From Mobula hypostoma (lineage: Eukaryota): 64,000 nt of DNA. This document shows positions 53,201 to 64,000 of the stretch, one piece after another (within the stretch, counting starts at the first letter, position 1; every line of letters begins with the position of its first letter). The notes beneath the pieces were generated by a model that saw only the letters and a list, made by a program, of their open reading frames with translations, was not told where the DNA came from and made no database searches. The position numbers and the translations under genes were made by a program. The stretch is from positions 102,550,001 to 102,614,000 of the forward strand of contig NC_086107.1 of assembly GCF_963921235.1 (NCBI RefSeq). The letters are read 5' to 3'.

Positions 53201-56200
53201 TACTCAACGTATGAAAAACCAAGGAACTGATTATTGACTTCAGGAGGAGGAAACCAGAGGTCTATGAGGCAGTCCTCATCAGGGGATCAGAGGTGGAGAA
53301 GGCCAGCAACTTTAAATTCCTTGGTGTTATCACATCACAGGACTGTCCTGGGCCAAGCACGTAAGTGCAATTACAAAGAAAGCACAGCAGTGCCTCTACT
53401 TCCTTAGAAGTTTGCAAAGATTCGGCATGACATCCAAAGCTTTGACAAACTTCTGTAGACGTGTGGTGGAGAGTATACTGACTCGGGGCATCACAGTCTG
53501 GTATGGAAACACCAATGCCCTTGAATGGAAAAGCCTACAAAAGGTAGTAGATATGGCTCAGTCAATCACAAGTAAAGCCCTCCCAACCACTGAGACAATT
53601 TACTCGGAGCGTTGTTGCAAGAAAGCAGCATCCGTCATCAGGGACCACGACCACACAGGACATGCTTTCTTCTCACTGCCACCATCAGGAAAAAGGTACA
53701 GAAGCCTCAGGCCTCACAGATTACCCCTCATCCATCAGAGGCTCTTGAACCAGAGTGGATAACTTCACTCACCCCATCACTAAACTGCTCCCACAACCTA
53801 CGAACTCAATTTCAAGGTCACTTCATCTCATGCTATTGATATTTATTGATTCTCTTTTGTATTTGCACGTTTGTTGTCTTTCGCACTCTGGTTTTCCATC
53901 CTGTTGGATATGGTGTTTCAGTCACCCTATTATGGTTGTTGGATTTATTGAGCATACTCACAAGAAAATGAATCTCAGGGTTTTTCATAGTGACACATAT
54001 GAACTTTGATAATAAATTTATTTTTAACTTTGAACATAATATAGAAGAAATAGTATTCTGAAAATAAGTGTTGAAATGAAGGAGTGCAAAGTTCTGGGCA
54101 TAGTTACACAACTATAAAGTAAAAACATCTCGCAAGTTGGACAAATTCTACAAAAGAAACAAAATAAAAACAGGAAAACTTGAGAAGAATCTTGACCAGG
54201 CCAGGCTTGGAGTTTCATTAAGAGTTTCGGTCCCAATATAAAATAGAAGCATCTATTAGAATGACATTAAAAAATCTCAGCATTACATCTGTCAGAAAAT
54301 AATGAAGGGTTTGGGCTTTTTTGTTAGAAAATAGACCTGCAAAGATGAATGATTGTTGCAAACCGAGGTTAAAAGCAGGATTAGTGTCTATAAATAATAT
54401 TGTCATTTATAAAACCCAAAGGGGAATTCAGGAGAAACCAGTGGCTGTTAGAATGCAAAACTTTCTAACAGAGTACATTTGAGGCAATCATCATGAACGG
54501 TTTCATGGAAAATGCAAAAAAAAGGAATAAACTGATATGTTAATGATAGCAGACGAAATAATGCACATGGAATATGAACATTATAGCCCATTTTACTGAC
54601 TGTCTATGTGTCATTTTCCATGTAAACTGTAAAATGAATGGTTCCATAACCAAGCGATATTTGGAAAGGGATAGTTCAGTGCTATTACGTTTTTAGTCAA
54701 AATTATATCAGTATTTGCATTTATTATCCAAACAGCTGGAGCACAGTGTTTGTGTTAATTCTTGCAAGCAAACAAAGATTTTGTCTGGTCTCTAATCAGT
54801 GTAACATGACCAGACACTGTGTTACAGTTTGGTTTAAAAGCAGCAGAGATTTGATTACTACATTCACCTTTGGTACTGGATACCAGGAAAATATAGTGAA
54901 GCCATAAATATAATATCCATACCTGCAATTCCTTTTTATTATCAAGACTTTTAGCAATGGCCTTAGCGGCTTCCACGCCAATTGTATTTCCTTCCAAGCA
55001 TAAGGCTTGTAGATGATCAAATTTCTCAATCTCTTCAATAATCTCAGCAACTGAAAAAAGAATACGTGACATGTGCAGGTGGAGATGAAAGAGAATTAAA
55101 GTATTAGTATAAAATACCAATTATCATTTATATTTCTCCATAAATTTAATGAAAAAAATGGAGCAAAATGTATGTTTTTCATAAATGCTGCTCATTTGAT
55201 GCTAAGCGACGTTGCTGCAAATTTTTTTTTAAAAATCGCAGCTGTGCATACAATAGTTTGCATATGACAATAAACCCAACTCTGAAATTACTTTTCTTAG
55301 GCACTTTTCATTCCAGCTATGCACTTGAACTTAGTCAAAAGCTAGTTGACAGAATCACCAAAAATATATCAGAATACCTCACTGAGTACAATTTAAAATC
55401 AGGTGTATTGATGAAGGGTGTTGGACCTGAAACATAAACTGTTTCTCTTTCCGTAGAATCAGTCTGAACTAAGCATTTCCAGCATTTTGGTTTTAGTTCA
55501 AGGTTCTAACATCTGCACTTAAAAAAAATCAAATTTAAGATTTGTTTGTGTAATTAAAACTGGATGGCAGTGGGGAAAATTATTCAAGATTTTATTTATT
55601 ATGTGCTTAAAAGAGTAAAACTTATTTAATTGAGCTTTTCCAATTAGCTTGTTTCATAGTTATAATCAAAATACTTGCACGAGTTCATGCCACAACAGTC
55701 CACCTCAAGTGCTTCCTTCTCCATCAGTTTACTCCTCCTGAGTGCTAATGTACAGTTCCAAAGTGCTGCTAGTCTAGCCCAATACCTCCTCCATGCACAG
55801 ACTATCCTTCAGGTACCAGTTGTACCGGAATGCATATTTCAATTAGCTTCCCTGCAAACGGATAAATCCTCCACTGGGCATGGCTGAATTAAGATGTAGC
55901 TTGAATAAGGAAGATGAACCTCGGGCTTTCTTGATTTATATGGCTGAAGTACAGCAGAGTAAGTGCTTACGCACTCCACCATCAGACAGCAGAGTGCGCA
56001 AGTACACAATGCGTTTTAGTATATCACCATTTGTAATACTGCACACCAGGTATGCTTCTGAAAAGGTATCCTTCTGGAGAACAGAACAGCAAGATGCTTT
56101 CTCTGCTCTACCATTATCAGATTGTCCTAACAGCTTGCTCAATTCAGCCAAGGAGGGTTTCACTCTAAAACTCTACCAAGTTAACACAAGAATGAGAAAA

Positions 56201-56754
56201 ATACATTCAGGTCCCTTTAAGTTCACTTCTCACTTGATAAGATTGTAACTAAAATTATCTTTGGCCTCAATATCATTTTCTCACTCAAAACTTTGGTTCT
56301 CCCTTTAATACTGAAAGACTCATTATTTGCAATTCATCAGCATAGAGAACAAGATTCACATCTCTTAAGAAAGGAACTCCTCCTGTTAGTCTTTAATGGA
56401 TGACTCATTACCCTAATCTTAGACTTCCCTCTCAGGAGAAACATCCTCAATAGCTAACCTGTCAAAACATACCAGAATGTTACCCTCATTGAAATCAGCA
56501 ATCTTTCTTTTCATTTCTAGACAGCATAGGTCTGTTCTGATCAATCTTGCCTCAAAAGGCAACACCCTCAATGTGCATCAAAATACATCCTCATCTTCTG
56601 ATATTTAGCTTCATTCTCCGAAGGTTCCTTTAATTCACATACCAGCTTCAGCAGTGTCAAGTTTTAGAGCACGACCTTTGAAACTCAGCTCTACTCCACC
56701 CACTTGAGTCTTTGCGAGAGTCTCCGCAAGCTGAGAAATATCTTCAGAAGCCAT
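29151..56754 (-). CDS. RANGAP1: Ran GTPase-activating protein 1, complete spliced CDS span (15 coding exons, 613 aa)
   Basis: Exons join in frame with GT-AG sites: 112+128+60+180+135+159+114+100+85+283+102+103+89+122+70 = 1842 nt. Starts [18 protein letters not shown]; contains [33 protein letters not shown], an acidic linker and GLLKSE. Confidence 0.97.
30016..30137 (-). CDS. RANGAP1: RANGAP1 coding exon 14
   Basis: [40 protein letters not shown](K). Confidence 0.95.
30887..30975 (-). CDS. RANGAP1: RANGAP1 coding exon 13 (ends at the predicted SUMO-acceptor Lys550)
   Basis: [30 protein letters not shown]. Confidence 0.95.
32313..32415 (-). CDS. RANGAP1: RANGAP1 coding exon 12
   Basis: [34 protein letters not shown]. 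Confidence 0.92.
32849..34132 (-). mobile_element. Decayed Tc1 transposon with long inverted repeats
   Basis: About 32849-32925 is the reverse complement of about 34010-34085; minus-strand [33 protein letters not shown]. Confidence 0.85.
34590..34691 (-). CDS. RANGAP1: RANGAP1 coding exon 11
   Basis: [34 protein letters not shown], comparable to mammalian FLAFPSPEKLLRLG. Confidence 0.9.
36640..36995 (+). mobile_element. LINE APE-endonuclease fragment (Rex1-like)
   Basis: [16 protein letters not shown] and GGGLC-like motifs. Confidence 0.65.
37625..37907 (-). CDS. RANGAP1: RANGAP1 coding exon 10 (acidic linker)
   Basis: (S)[10 protein letters not shown]...[16 protein letters not shown] acceptor, GTAAGG donor, phases fit both neighbours. 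Another in-frame donor cannot be excluded. Confidence 0.85.
37706..37846 (-). repeat. Coding 30-nt tandem repeat (N[IV]DEEE[EK]ELR, about 4.7 units)
   Basis: The + strand unit tcttcctcctcttcatcaacatttcttagt is repeated near-identically. Confidence 0.95.
39369..40283. mobile_element. Tigger/pogo-like non-autonomous DNA transposon
   Basis: TIRs CAGTCGGCCCTCCTTATCCGC / GCGGATAAGGAGAGCCGACTG with TA on both sides. Confidence 0.9.
40651..40735 (-). CDS. RANGAP1: RANGAP1 coding exon 9
   Basis: (G)[27 protein letters not shown](S). Confidence 0.95.
40864..41102 (+). mobile_element. 5'-truncated RTE/RTE-X-like LINE 3' end
   Basis: [34 protein letters not shown], (GTA)n tail, TSD ATGGGTA at 40857-40863 and 41103-41109. 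Confidence 0.75.
41345..41444 (-). CDS. RANGAP1: RANGAP1 coding exon 8
   Basis: [33 protein letters not shown](G). Confidence 0.95.
41740..42420 (+). mobile_element. Old Rex1-like LINE 3' remnant
   Basis: Degenerate VESFK.LG motif and similarity to 22080-22891. Confidence 0.6.
44557..44670 (-). CDS. RANGAP1: RANGAP1 coding exon 7
   Basis: [38 protein letters not shown]. Confidence 0.95.
44828..44986 (-). CDS. RANGAP1: RANGAP1 coding exon 6
   Basis: [53 protein letters not shown]. Confidence 0.95.
46169..46303 (-). CDS. RANGAP1: RANGAP1 coding exon 5
   Basis: [45 protein letters not shown]. Confidence 0.95.
46457..46993. mobile_element. Tigger-like MITE
   Basis: TA-CGGGTGTTCCCCGCTTTCCGAA ... 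TTCGGATAGCAGGGGAAACCTG-TA imperfect TIRs. Confidence 0.8.
47885..48490 (+). mobile_element. CR1 3' end
   Basis: [14 protein letters not shown]...LYSLEFR...RGDLIETF. Confidence 0.9.
49333..49512 (-). CDS. RANGAP1: RANGAP1 coding exon 4
   Basis: [31 protein letters not shown]...[11 protein letters not shown]. Confidence 0.95.
50339..50398 (-). CDS. RANGAP1: RANGAP1 coding exon 3 (contains Arg91)
   Basis: [23 protein letters not shown] acceptor, GTAAG donor. Confidence 0.95.
52875..54030 (+). mobile_element. Rex1/Babar-like LINE (RT C-terminal half and 3' UTR)
   Basis: [36 protein letters not shown]; (TTTGAAC)-type tail. Confidence 0.85.
54923..55050 (-). CDS. RANGAP1: RANGAP1 coding exon 2
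   Basis: [47 protein letters not shown] flanks. Confidence 0.95.
56643..56754 (-). CDS. RANGAP1: RANGAP1 coding exon 1 (ATG at 56754; acceptor CAG just upstream, exon begins 56764)
   Basis: [42 protein letters not shown] donor. The splice acceptor implies a non-coding first exon further upstream, not identified. Confidence 0.95.
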
Positions 56755-58019
56755 TTCTTTACACCTGTTGAGAAACAGCCATTTTAGGCAGAGTTAAAAA
56801 TTAAAGAAAAAGACACTAAAACTCAGTAAATGCTGTTTAATTAGCTTAGTAAGAAGAACATTCAGGTGATAATTCTAGATAATAAGGAATTGCTAAATTA
56901 CTACATCCTGGAATCACTTTGGAGTTCAGTAGTAGCCTATTTATATGCAGCAGAACAAGGAAGGGAAAAAAAATCTATATCCAACAGTGTTAGAACCTTA
57001 ACGTACCAGTTGGTGAAGAATCTGACATTAAGTACGTAACACCATATGCTAGTGCAACATTAGTCAATTTCTCTTTGATAACTGTATATGGTGTTCAGGC
57101 ACGATGCAATCCACAATAAAGAAGTGTTTCACTCAAGACTGCAGTAATACTGGATGATGGAGAGCAGAGTTCAATGCTTCTACAAGACGTACAAGTTTTT
57201 CTACAATCACATGCAAGACAAAGTAACTTTGAGCTTGCAAAACTGATCACAAACACTTTGATGATTCTGACCCACATAAAGGGATATTGTCTGCAGAAAG
57301 TACAGATAATCCCTTCATCACAGGTAGTTGTATTGCAAGATAACAGTTCATACTGTAATTTTCTATGAAGCAAAGCCATGTCATCACAGCATGTATCAAC
57401 AAATGCAAGTTGATAAAATCACTTAAACTTACCCGTTACGCAAATTCCTTAAAAGCAAATTTTTATTCTGTATCCAGACTTTTTGTTAGCAATTTGTGAA
57501 TTCTCTAAGAGTTCATTTGCATTATTTCAACTGCCACAACACTGGGGGGGGGGGGGGAGTGGATTCACCTGTACTATTTTTTCTCTTCAAAGTGGAATTT
57601 TAAAGTTTCAGGAGGAAATTTTGCAGCAATCAAGAATTAAATCTACAGCTTTGACCAATATGGCACTAGCTGGCAACAGGACATCAAATTATGGTCCCTC
57701 CCAAAGAAACGCAATAGAATCTCCTTGGTTTCAGTTTCCTTTCCACACTATTATTTTCATTTCCTTAGATGTCATCCCCGACCTTAGCCTTTCCTCTATT
57801 TACTGCACATGTGACAGTCTGCTATATAAATACTAATAACTTTTGGATCTATTACTCAACCAGCTCTACTACGTTTCTTCTGTCAAATATGCTGCAGAGA
57901 CTATTCTTCAGCCCACCACAAAATAAATTCTATCCCCTCCCTACAGATTGTTCCTCTCTGAAACAGATCGCTTCGAAATACAACCGAGCAAGGTTTTCCA
58001 CAGCATCATGACTGACAAG

Positions 58020-59830
58020 TGTCAAGGACAGCATAAAAGCAAAAGAGAGGGCATACAATATACAGTAGTAATTAGTCGGAAGCTAGAGGACTGAGAAGCT
58101 TTTAAAACCCAACAGAAATCAACTAGAAAAAAACAATGAGAGAAATAATGAAATACGAAGGTATGCTTGCTAACAATACAAATTCTTTATTCTGACATAT
58201 GAAGGGTTAAATAGAGCAAGAATGGGCATTGAAACACTGGAAAATTATACTGGAGAGGTAGTTCTGCGGAACAAAGTATTTTGCGTTAACCTTCACTGTG
58301 GAAGACACCAGAACCATGCCAGAAATTCAAGAGGGTCAGGGGTCAGAAGTGAGTGTAGTCCTATTATCAGGAGAAGGTGCTTGGGAAACTGAAAGATCTG
58401 AAGGAAGACAAGTCAGCTGGACCTGATGGACCACAGCCCTAGGTTCTGAAAGAGGTAGATTGTGGAGGCATTAGCAGTAATCTTTTTAAGAATCGGTAGA
58501 TTCTGGAATGGTTCCAGAAGAATAGACAGAAAATCATAGGCCAATTATCCTAACCAGTGGTTGGGAAGATGTTGGGAGTTCATTATTAAGGATGAGGTTT
58601 CAGGGTACTTAGGCACATGATAAAATAGGCCAAATCAGCATCGTTTCCTTAAAAGAAAATATTGTTGACGAATTAGTTAGAACTCTTTGAGGATATAACA
58701 GAAAGGATAGACAAAGAGCGTCAATGGATGTCGTTTACTTGTAGTTTCAGAAAGCCCTTGACAAGGTGCTGCACATATACCCACAATGCAAAAGCTAATG
58801 ATGTTACAGGAAAGTTACTAGCACAGACAGAAGATTGGCAGACTGGCATGCAGCAAAGAGCGGGAATAAAGAGGGCTTTTTCTAGTGTTCTGTCAGGTCG
58901 GTGTTGGCTCCGTTACTTTTCACTTTGAATGTTAATGATCCAGATGACAGAATTGATGGTTTTGTGGCCAAGTTTGCAGATGATAAAAAGATTGGTGGAG
59001 GGACAGGTAGTGTTGAGGAAGCACAGAGTCCGTAGCAGATTAGCAGAATGAGCAAAGAAGTGGCAAATGGAATATACTGAAGCGTATAGTCATGCACTTT
59101 GGTAGAAAGAATAAAGACGTAAACTATTTCCTAACGGGGAATGAATTCAATATTGCAGGTTCAAAAGGACTGGGGTGTCCTAGTGCAAGATTCCCTAAAA
59201 GTTAATCTGGAGGTTGAGTCAATAGTAAGGAAGGCAAATGTAATGTTAGCATTCATTCTGAGGGGACTAGAATATATTTAAAAATGGATGTAATGCTAAG
59301 ACTTTACAAGGCATTGGTCAAAGTATTGTGAGCAGATTTTGGCCCCATACAGTATCTAAGAAAGGATGTGCTGTTATTGGAAAAAGAATGACCTAGAGAA
59401 CCAAAGTGCTAATGTATGAGGAGCATTTGATAGCTCTCGGTCATTTAGAGAATTTGGGGCGGGGGGGAATCCCACCGACTCCTACTAAATATCAAAAAGC
59501 CTAGATAGAGTGGATGTAGTGAGGACGTTTCCAATAGTGGGGGAGTCTAGGACCAGAGGGTACAACCTCAGAATACAAGGACATCACTTTAGAACAGAAA
59601 GGAAGAAGAATTTCTTCAGCCAGAGGGTGGCGAATCTGTGGAAATCATTGCCACAGACAGCCAATTCATTGGGTATACTTAAAGCAGAGTTCTTGATTAG
59701 TAAGGGCATCAAAGGTTACAGAGAAGGCAGGAGAATGGGGTTGAGAGGGGAAAGTATATCAGCCACGATCGAATGGCGGAGCAGACTCAGTGAGATGAAT
59801 GGCCTAATTCTGCTCCTATGGCTTATGGTC
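58020..59830 (+). mobile_element. Heavily deleted CR1 ORF2
   Basis: GPDG, AKFADDK and ESRTRGYNLRI motifs. Confidence 0.8.
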
Positions 59831-61200
59831 ACATTCTGAACATTCTGCGAGCAGTTTCACTCCTGGGAGTGCACATCTCGCATAACCTCTCATGCTCCCA
59901 GGATTCATCATACACAATCAAGAAAGTTCACTGACACCTCCACTCCTCTGAGGAGACTGAAGAGAACTTAGCTAAGCACATCACTCTAACATGCTGCATC
60001 ATTGTACAACACAAACTGCTCTGTGGCAGCCAGGAAGGCTCTACAACAGGTAGTCAAAACAGCCCAATGTATCACTGACACCAGCCATCAAGGGCATAAA
60101 TACAGAAACGTGCTGGAAAAGACCAGAAATATCATGAATGATCCTATTCACCCTGTTCATCCCACCCCCATCAAGGAGGAGGCTACTTAGCATCCATGCC
60201 AGGACCTGCAGACTTAAAAACAATTATTTTCCCCTAGCAGTAATGCTAATCAATACCTCTACCCTCTAACCCACCCCACAGCTGCCCCAGCAACACTACT
60301 TAATCATTTCCTGTTAGTCACCTCATGTACACTGCTGTACCTAGGATTACTTTATGTACATAGAAAAACATGCATATAAACCAATTCTATGCATTAATTG
60401 TATTTTTTTAATATTGTGTATTTGTGCTGCATCAGATCTGGAATAGCAATTATTTGTTCTCTTTACACCTGTGTACTGGAAATAACATTACACAATCTTG
60501 AATTTTGAAACATCACGTCTATGCTTCACAGCAACATCACTCACCTTTGCCACTCCAACAACTTACTTCTTAAACCCAAACCTATTCTTTTGTGACATAC
60601 AGACTCAATGATATTCTCATCCTCTGGAGTCTGCTTTGTTGTTCCCCAATACCTCTTTTGTATGTAAATCATTCATGATCTCAGCAGTCTAACCTTCCAT
60701 CTCTACTATCTGCACTTAAATCTATATCCAAATCAATCCGATTCCCCTTTGCCTCACCACCACCCAATCATTTAGGCATGCAAAGCCAAAGCTCTGAAGT
60801 TCTCAGTCTCTCCTCCACATCTATTTTAAAATCACATGATTTGCTTCCATGTATTAGCTAGAGCTATTTTTCTACATCAGAGTATCACAGATTTTCATTT
60901 ACAGAATTCAGATGATCAGTGGTTTCTTAGTAGCATTGCTTATCCATTGAGGTCTGAGAGTGGAAAACATGAGATACAGCATGTTATACTCCCCATCATC
61001 ATTCCCTTTTAAATGGTAATAGAACACGTCTATTTCCTTTATCTTTCAAAGGACAGTAGCCTAAATTAAATTATTGCACAAGTAATCAGAAACCTGAACT
61101 AATTATCCAAGAAACAAGATTACATTTCAATTCAGCTAATTCAAATGTCTGGATTTCTTTTTAACAGCCAGCATCAGTAATGTTCACCATGAAGCAATTA

Positions 61201-61521
61201 CAGTGGATTCCTGTTAATTGGGATATATCGGGACCAATACATTTTGGCCCATTTAAGTGGATGCCTCAATTAGCCAAAGTTTCTTTGAAATAATTAAAAG
61301 GTATATAAAAAAAAGACGTTAGCATTTAACTGAGTAACAAATTATGCATTTAAATGAAATTCAGAATAAATTAGAACACCATGTATACTACTACATTATA
61401 AAATTCAATTAATTCCTAATTGTTTCAATGGAGGAATTCATCCAGTTTATGTTGCGTATTTTTTGATTGGATAAAATCAGTGGATACCTAGTGCTGACAA
61501 CGGACTGCTTTCATACAATGC

Positions 61522-61580
<59 letters not shown>

Positions 61581-62149
61581 ATACACACACACACACTTAT
61601 TACAATTATGTATTACAATGTACTGCTGCTGCAAAACAATAAATTTCATGACATAAACCAGTGATATTAAACCGGAGTCTGATTTCGACAACTCCATCCT
61701 GCAAATCTTCATTTTCACTGTGACAGTCAAGATCTTCAAATTCTTCTAATTCTAAACTTGTTGAAGTGAAATCGTTTCATTTTCACTCCCAGCCATTTTA
61801 GGCATCTCTAAGCCTGAATGCTTGAAATTTCAGTGAGCAAAACAGTTCTGAACCGTCTTACTGCTTATTTCTATCAGTGACAAAAATCACTGCCTTTTGC
61901 ACACAAACATAGGCACTGACATTACGGTATTTAAAAACTGTTCTAAGCACGGTGTAGTGTCCAATGGCTATGCAAGTGCACGGAACTGACACGATAGGTG
62001 GAAACTGTTTGGCAACAGTTCCACATCCCAATTAAGCGCCATAGTGTCCCAAAAAAAACCAAGGGAATCCCGGCCATTTTCTCAATTAGCTTTTGTTTTT
62101 TAAGTGGCAGCAGCGATCAATCGATGGGCCAATTAGCTAGAATGCACTA
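61201..62149. mobile_element. Tigger-like element with an internal LINE tail and (TA)n(CA)n microsatellite (61527-61596)
   Basis: TA-CAGTGGATTCCTGTTAATTGGG ... CCAATTAGCTAGAATGCACTA imperfect TIRs. Confidence 0.7.
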
Positions 62150-64000
62150 AATTTACATTTTTTGTGGAAAAGAATCTACTGCCCTTAAATGGCCATCTCC
62201 AAATGTAGAATCACATAGATCAATTATGAAATAACTAAGCAAGTCACTTAGTTGTTACCAGCATCACATTCACAAAGGCTATTAGAGATGAGCATTAGAT
62301 GTGGACAATTTATATCTTATAAGTAAATAAAAAGTGTGTTAACTCAATCTTCAATATTATACTAATTTTATTCAGCAACAGGCAAGAAATGTGAAAAGTT
62401 TCTTCAATGTCATTTAAAAATATAGATTCAGTCTTCAACAATTATTTACACAATTAGCCTCAGACTAAATGGTAATCTTAACAGTCATCAATTAGCAAAC
62501 AACCATGACAGAAATAACATTTAATCACCTTCCTACAGAGTAAAAAACTCAAGTGAATGGAAACGCTCATCAACTTTTTCCCCTTTCCTAAGAATTAGAA
62601 TGTGATTGTAAAAAAGTGCTTGATAGCCAATGAGGAACAATTCTCAGCACTATGGTGTTAGAAACAGACAGCCACATTTAACATCTGTTCCAAGGAAAGC
62701 TCCTGAATCTCAGGGGATAACTTCACTCACCCCATCACTGAAATGTTCCCACAACCAATCCTTGACTCACTTTCATCTTCATCTCATGTTTTCAATAACT
62801 ATTGCTTTTAAATTATTATTATTTTTCTTTTTTTGTATTTGCAGTTTGTTGTCTTTTGCACATTGGTTAGTTGCCCATCCTGTTTGGTGCAGTCATTCAC
62901 TGATTCTATTGTTTCTTGGATTTACTGAGTAGGCCCGCGAGAAAATGAATCTCGGGGGGGTGGGGGGTTTATAAATGGGGACATAAATTTACTTTGAACT
63001 TTGAAGTAACAAGCTTTCATACCCCTCTGACAGTCAGTGGCGGCATCACTGCAGGTGTCATTTAGGTTTCCTAAGAAGATGTTTGACCTGTTGAGTATTT
63101 CCATCTTTATACAAATGAAAACATTTGCTCATATCTGCAAGAAGCCTACAGCATACAACACCTGCTTGCTTTACAAAAAACCCCTGCTTTTTGTAGTACA
63201 CTTACAATGACTACAAAACGGTTTGCTGAAATATGCTTTCACGGTTCAGCAAGCAGCAAATGCAATATTGACCATATTATTTTGTCACTGTCACTATTTT
63301 AAAAACATAAAATAGAATTGGATGAAAAATAACTTATATTGGAGACAGTGAAAACTTGAGAGATTCAGGGAGAAAAAAAAGAACTGCTAAGTGTGGGGAC
63401 AGGCAACTGGAATTTTGAATGAGTATAAACTATTTTCAGGAAACTTCTGGGAGCATGGTTAACACATACTTGCATGCAAAGCTGACAAAACCACAGATAA
63501 TGAGTAACATTTTAAATAAGGACAATAAAGTGGTTTATAAACACAACACAGAATTATGAAGGACAGAGCCATCTATTTCAGCACCATGTACATGCTGGTA
63601 CCTTGGTGCAACTTTCTCAAAATCTAATCTCCCTTCCCTATTACTAAGTACTCTTTAAGCTCTTTGAAAATAGGTAGATGTGTCTTTCTGACAATACGTA
63701 TGCCCACGCATGTGGAGCCTCAAGAATCTTTGGACCTTCTTTCCAAATTTGTTCCTTTTTGGCTTAAGGTGAATCACCTCACTTCATTGAATTCCTTTTA
63801 TCCTACCAATCCGAAAACCTGCTCCAACCATTCCAATTTGCTCAACAGATAAATATTTTGGTGTCAATTCACAGAGTTATTACTCCAGTCAGAGGATGGT
63901 GAATCTGTGATTCTTTGCACACGGAGAACTGTGGAGGCTAAATCACTGGGCGTATTCAAGGCAGAGATTGAAAGGTTCTTGTTTAGTCAGGGTTTAAGGG

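Noticed and set aside
56765..64000. RANGAP1 promoter or non-coding first exon
   Set aside because: No CpG island or convincing exon; probably beyond the window end.

Overview
Repeat-rich vertebrate genomic DNA; the repeat families (CR1, Rex1/Babar-like, Penelope, DeuSINE-like) suggest a cartilaginous fish, probably a ray (inference). There are two convergent protein-coding genes. (1) Minus strand: a complete RANGAP1 CDS in 15 GT-AG coding exons (56754 to 29151; 1842 nt, 613 aa). It retains FTGR (Arg91) and the LK|SE SUMO site and has a 30-nt tandem expansion in the acidic linker. (2) Plus strand: the last two exons (3809-4407, 8827-9657) of a type I membrane protein. Its chondroadherin-like LRRs and LRRCT are followed by a Thr/Ser/Pro stalk, an FN3 domain, a TM helix and an acidic tail; it lies next to RANGAP1, where mammals have the secreted CHADL. 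The rest is mostly nested transposon remnants. Notable items are short Penelope-derived inserts with target-site duplications (one with an intact minimal hammerhead ribozyme motif), a triplicated target site, tRNA/CORE-like SINEs with two different tails, a solo LTR, and Tc1 and Tigger-like DNA transposons. Family names come from my recall of motifs, not database searches; TE boundaries without TSDs/TIRs are approximate.
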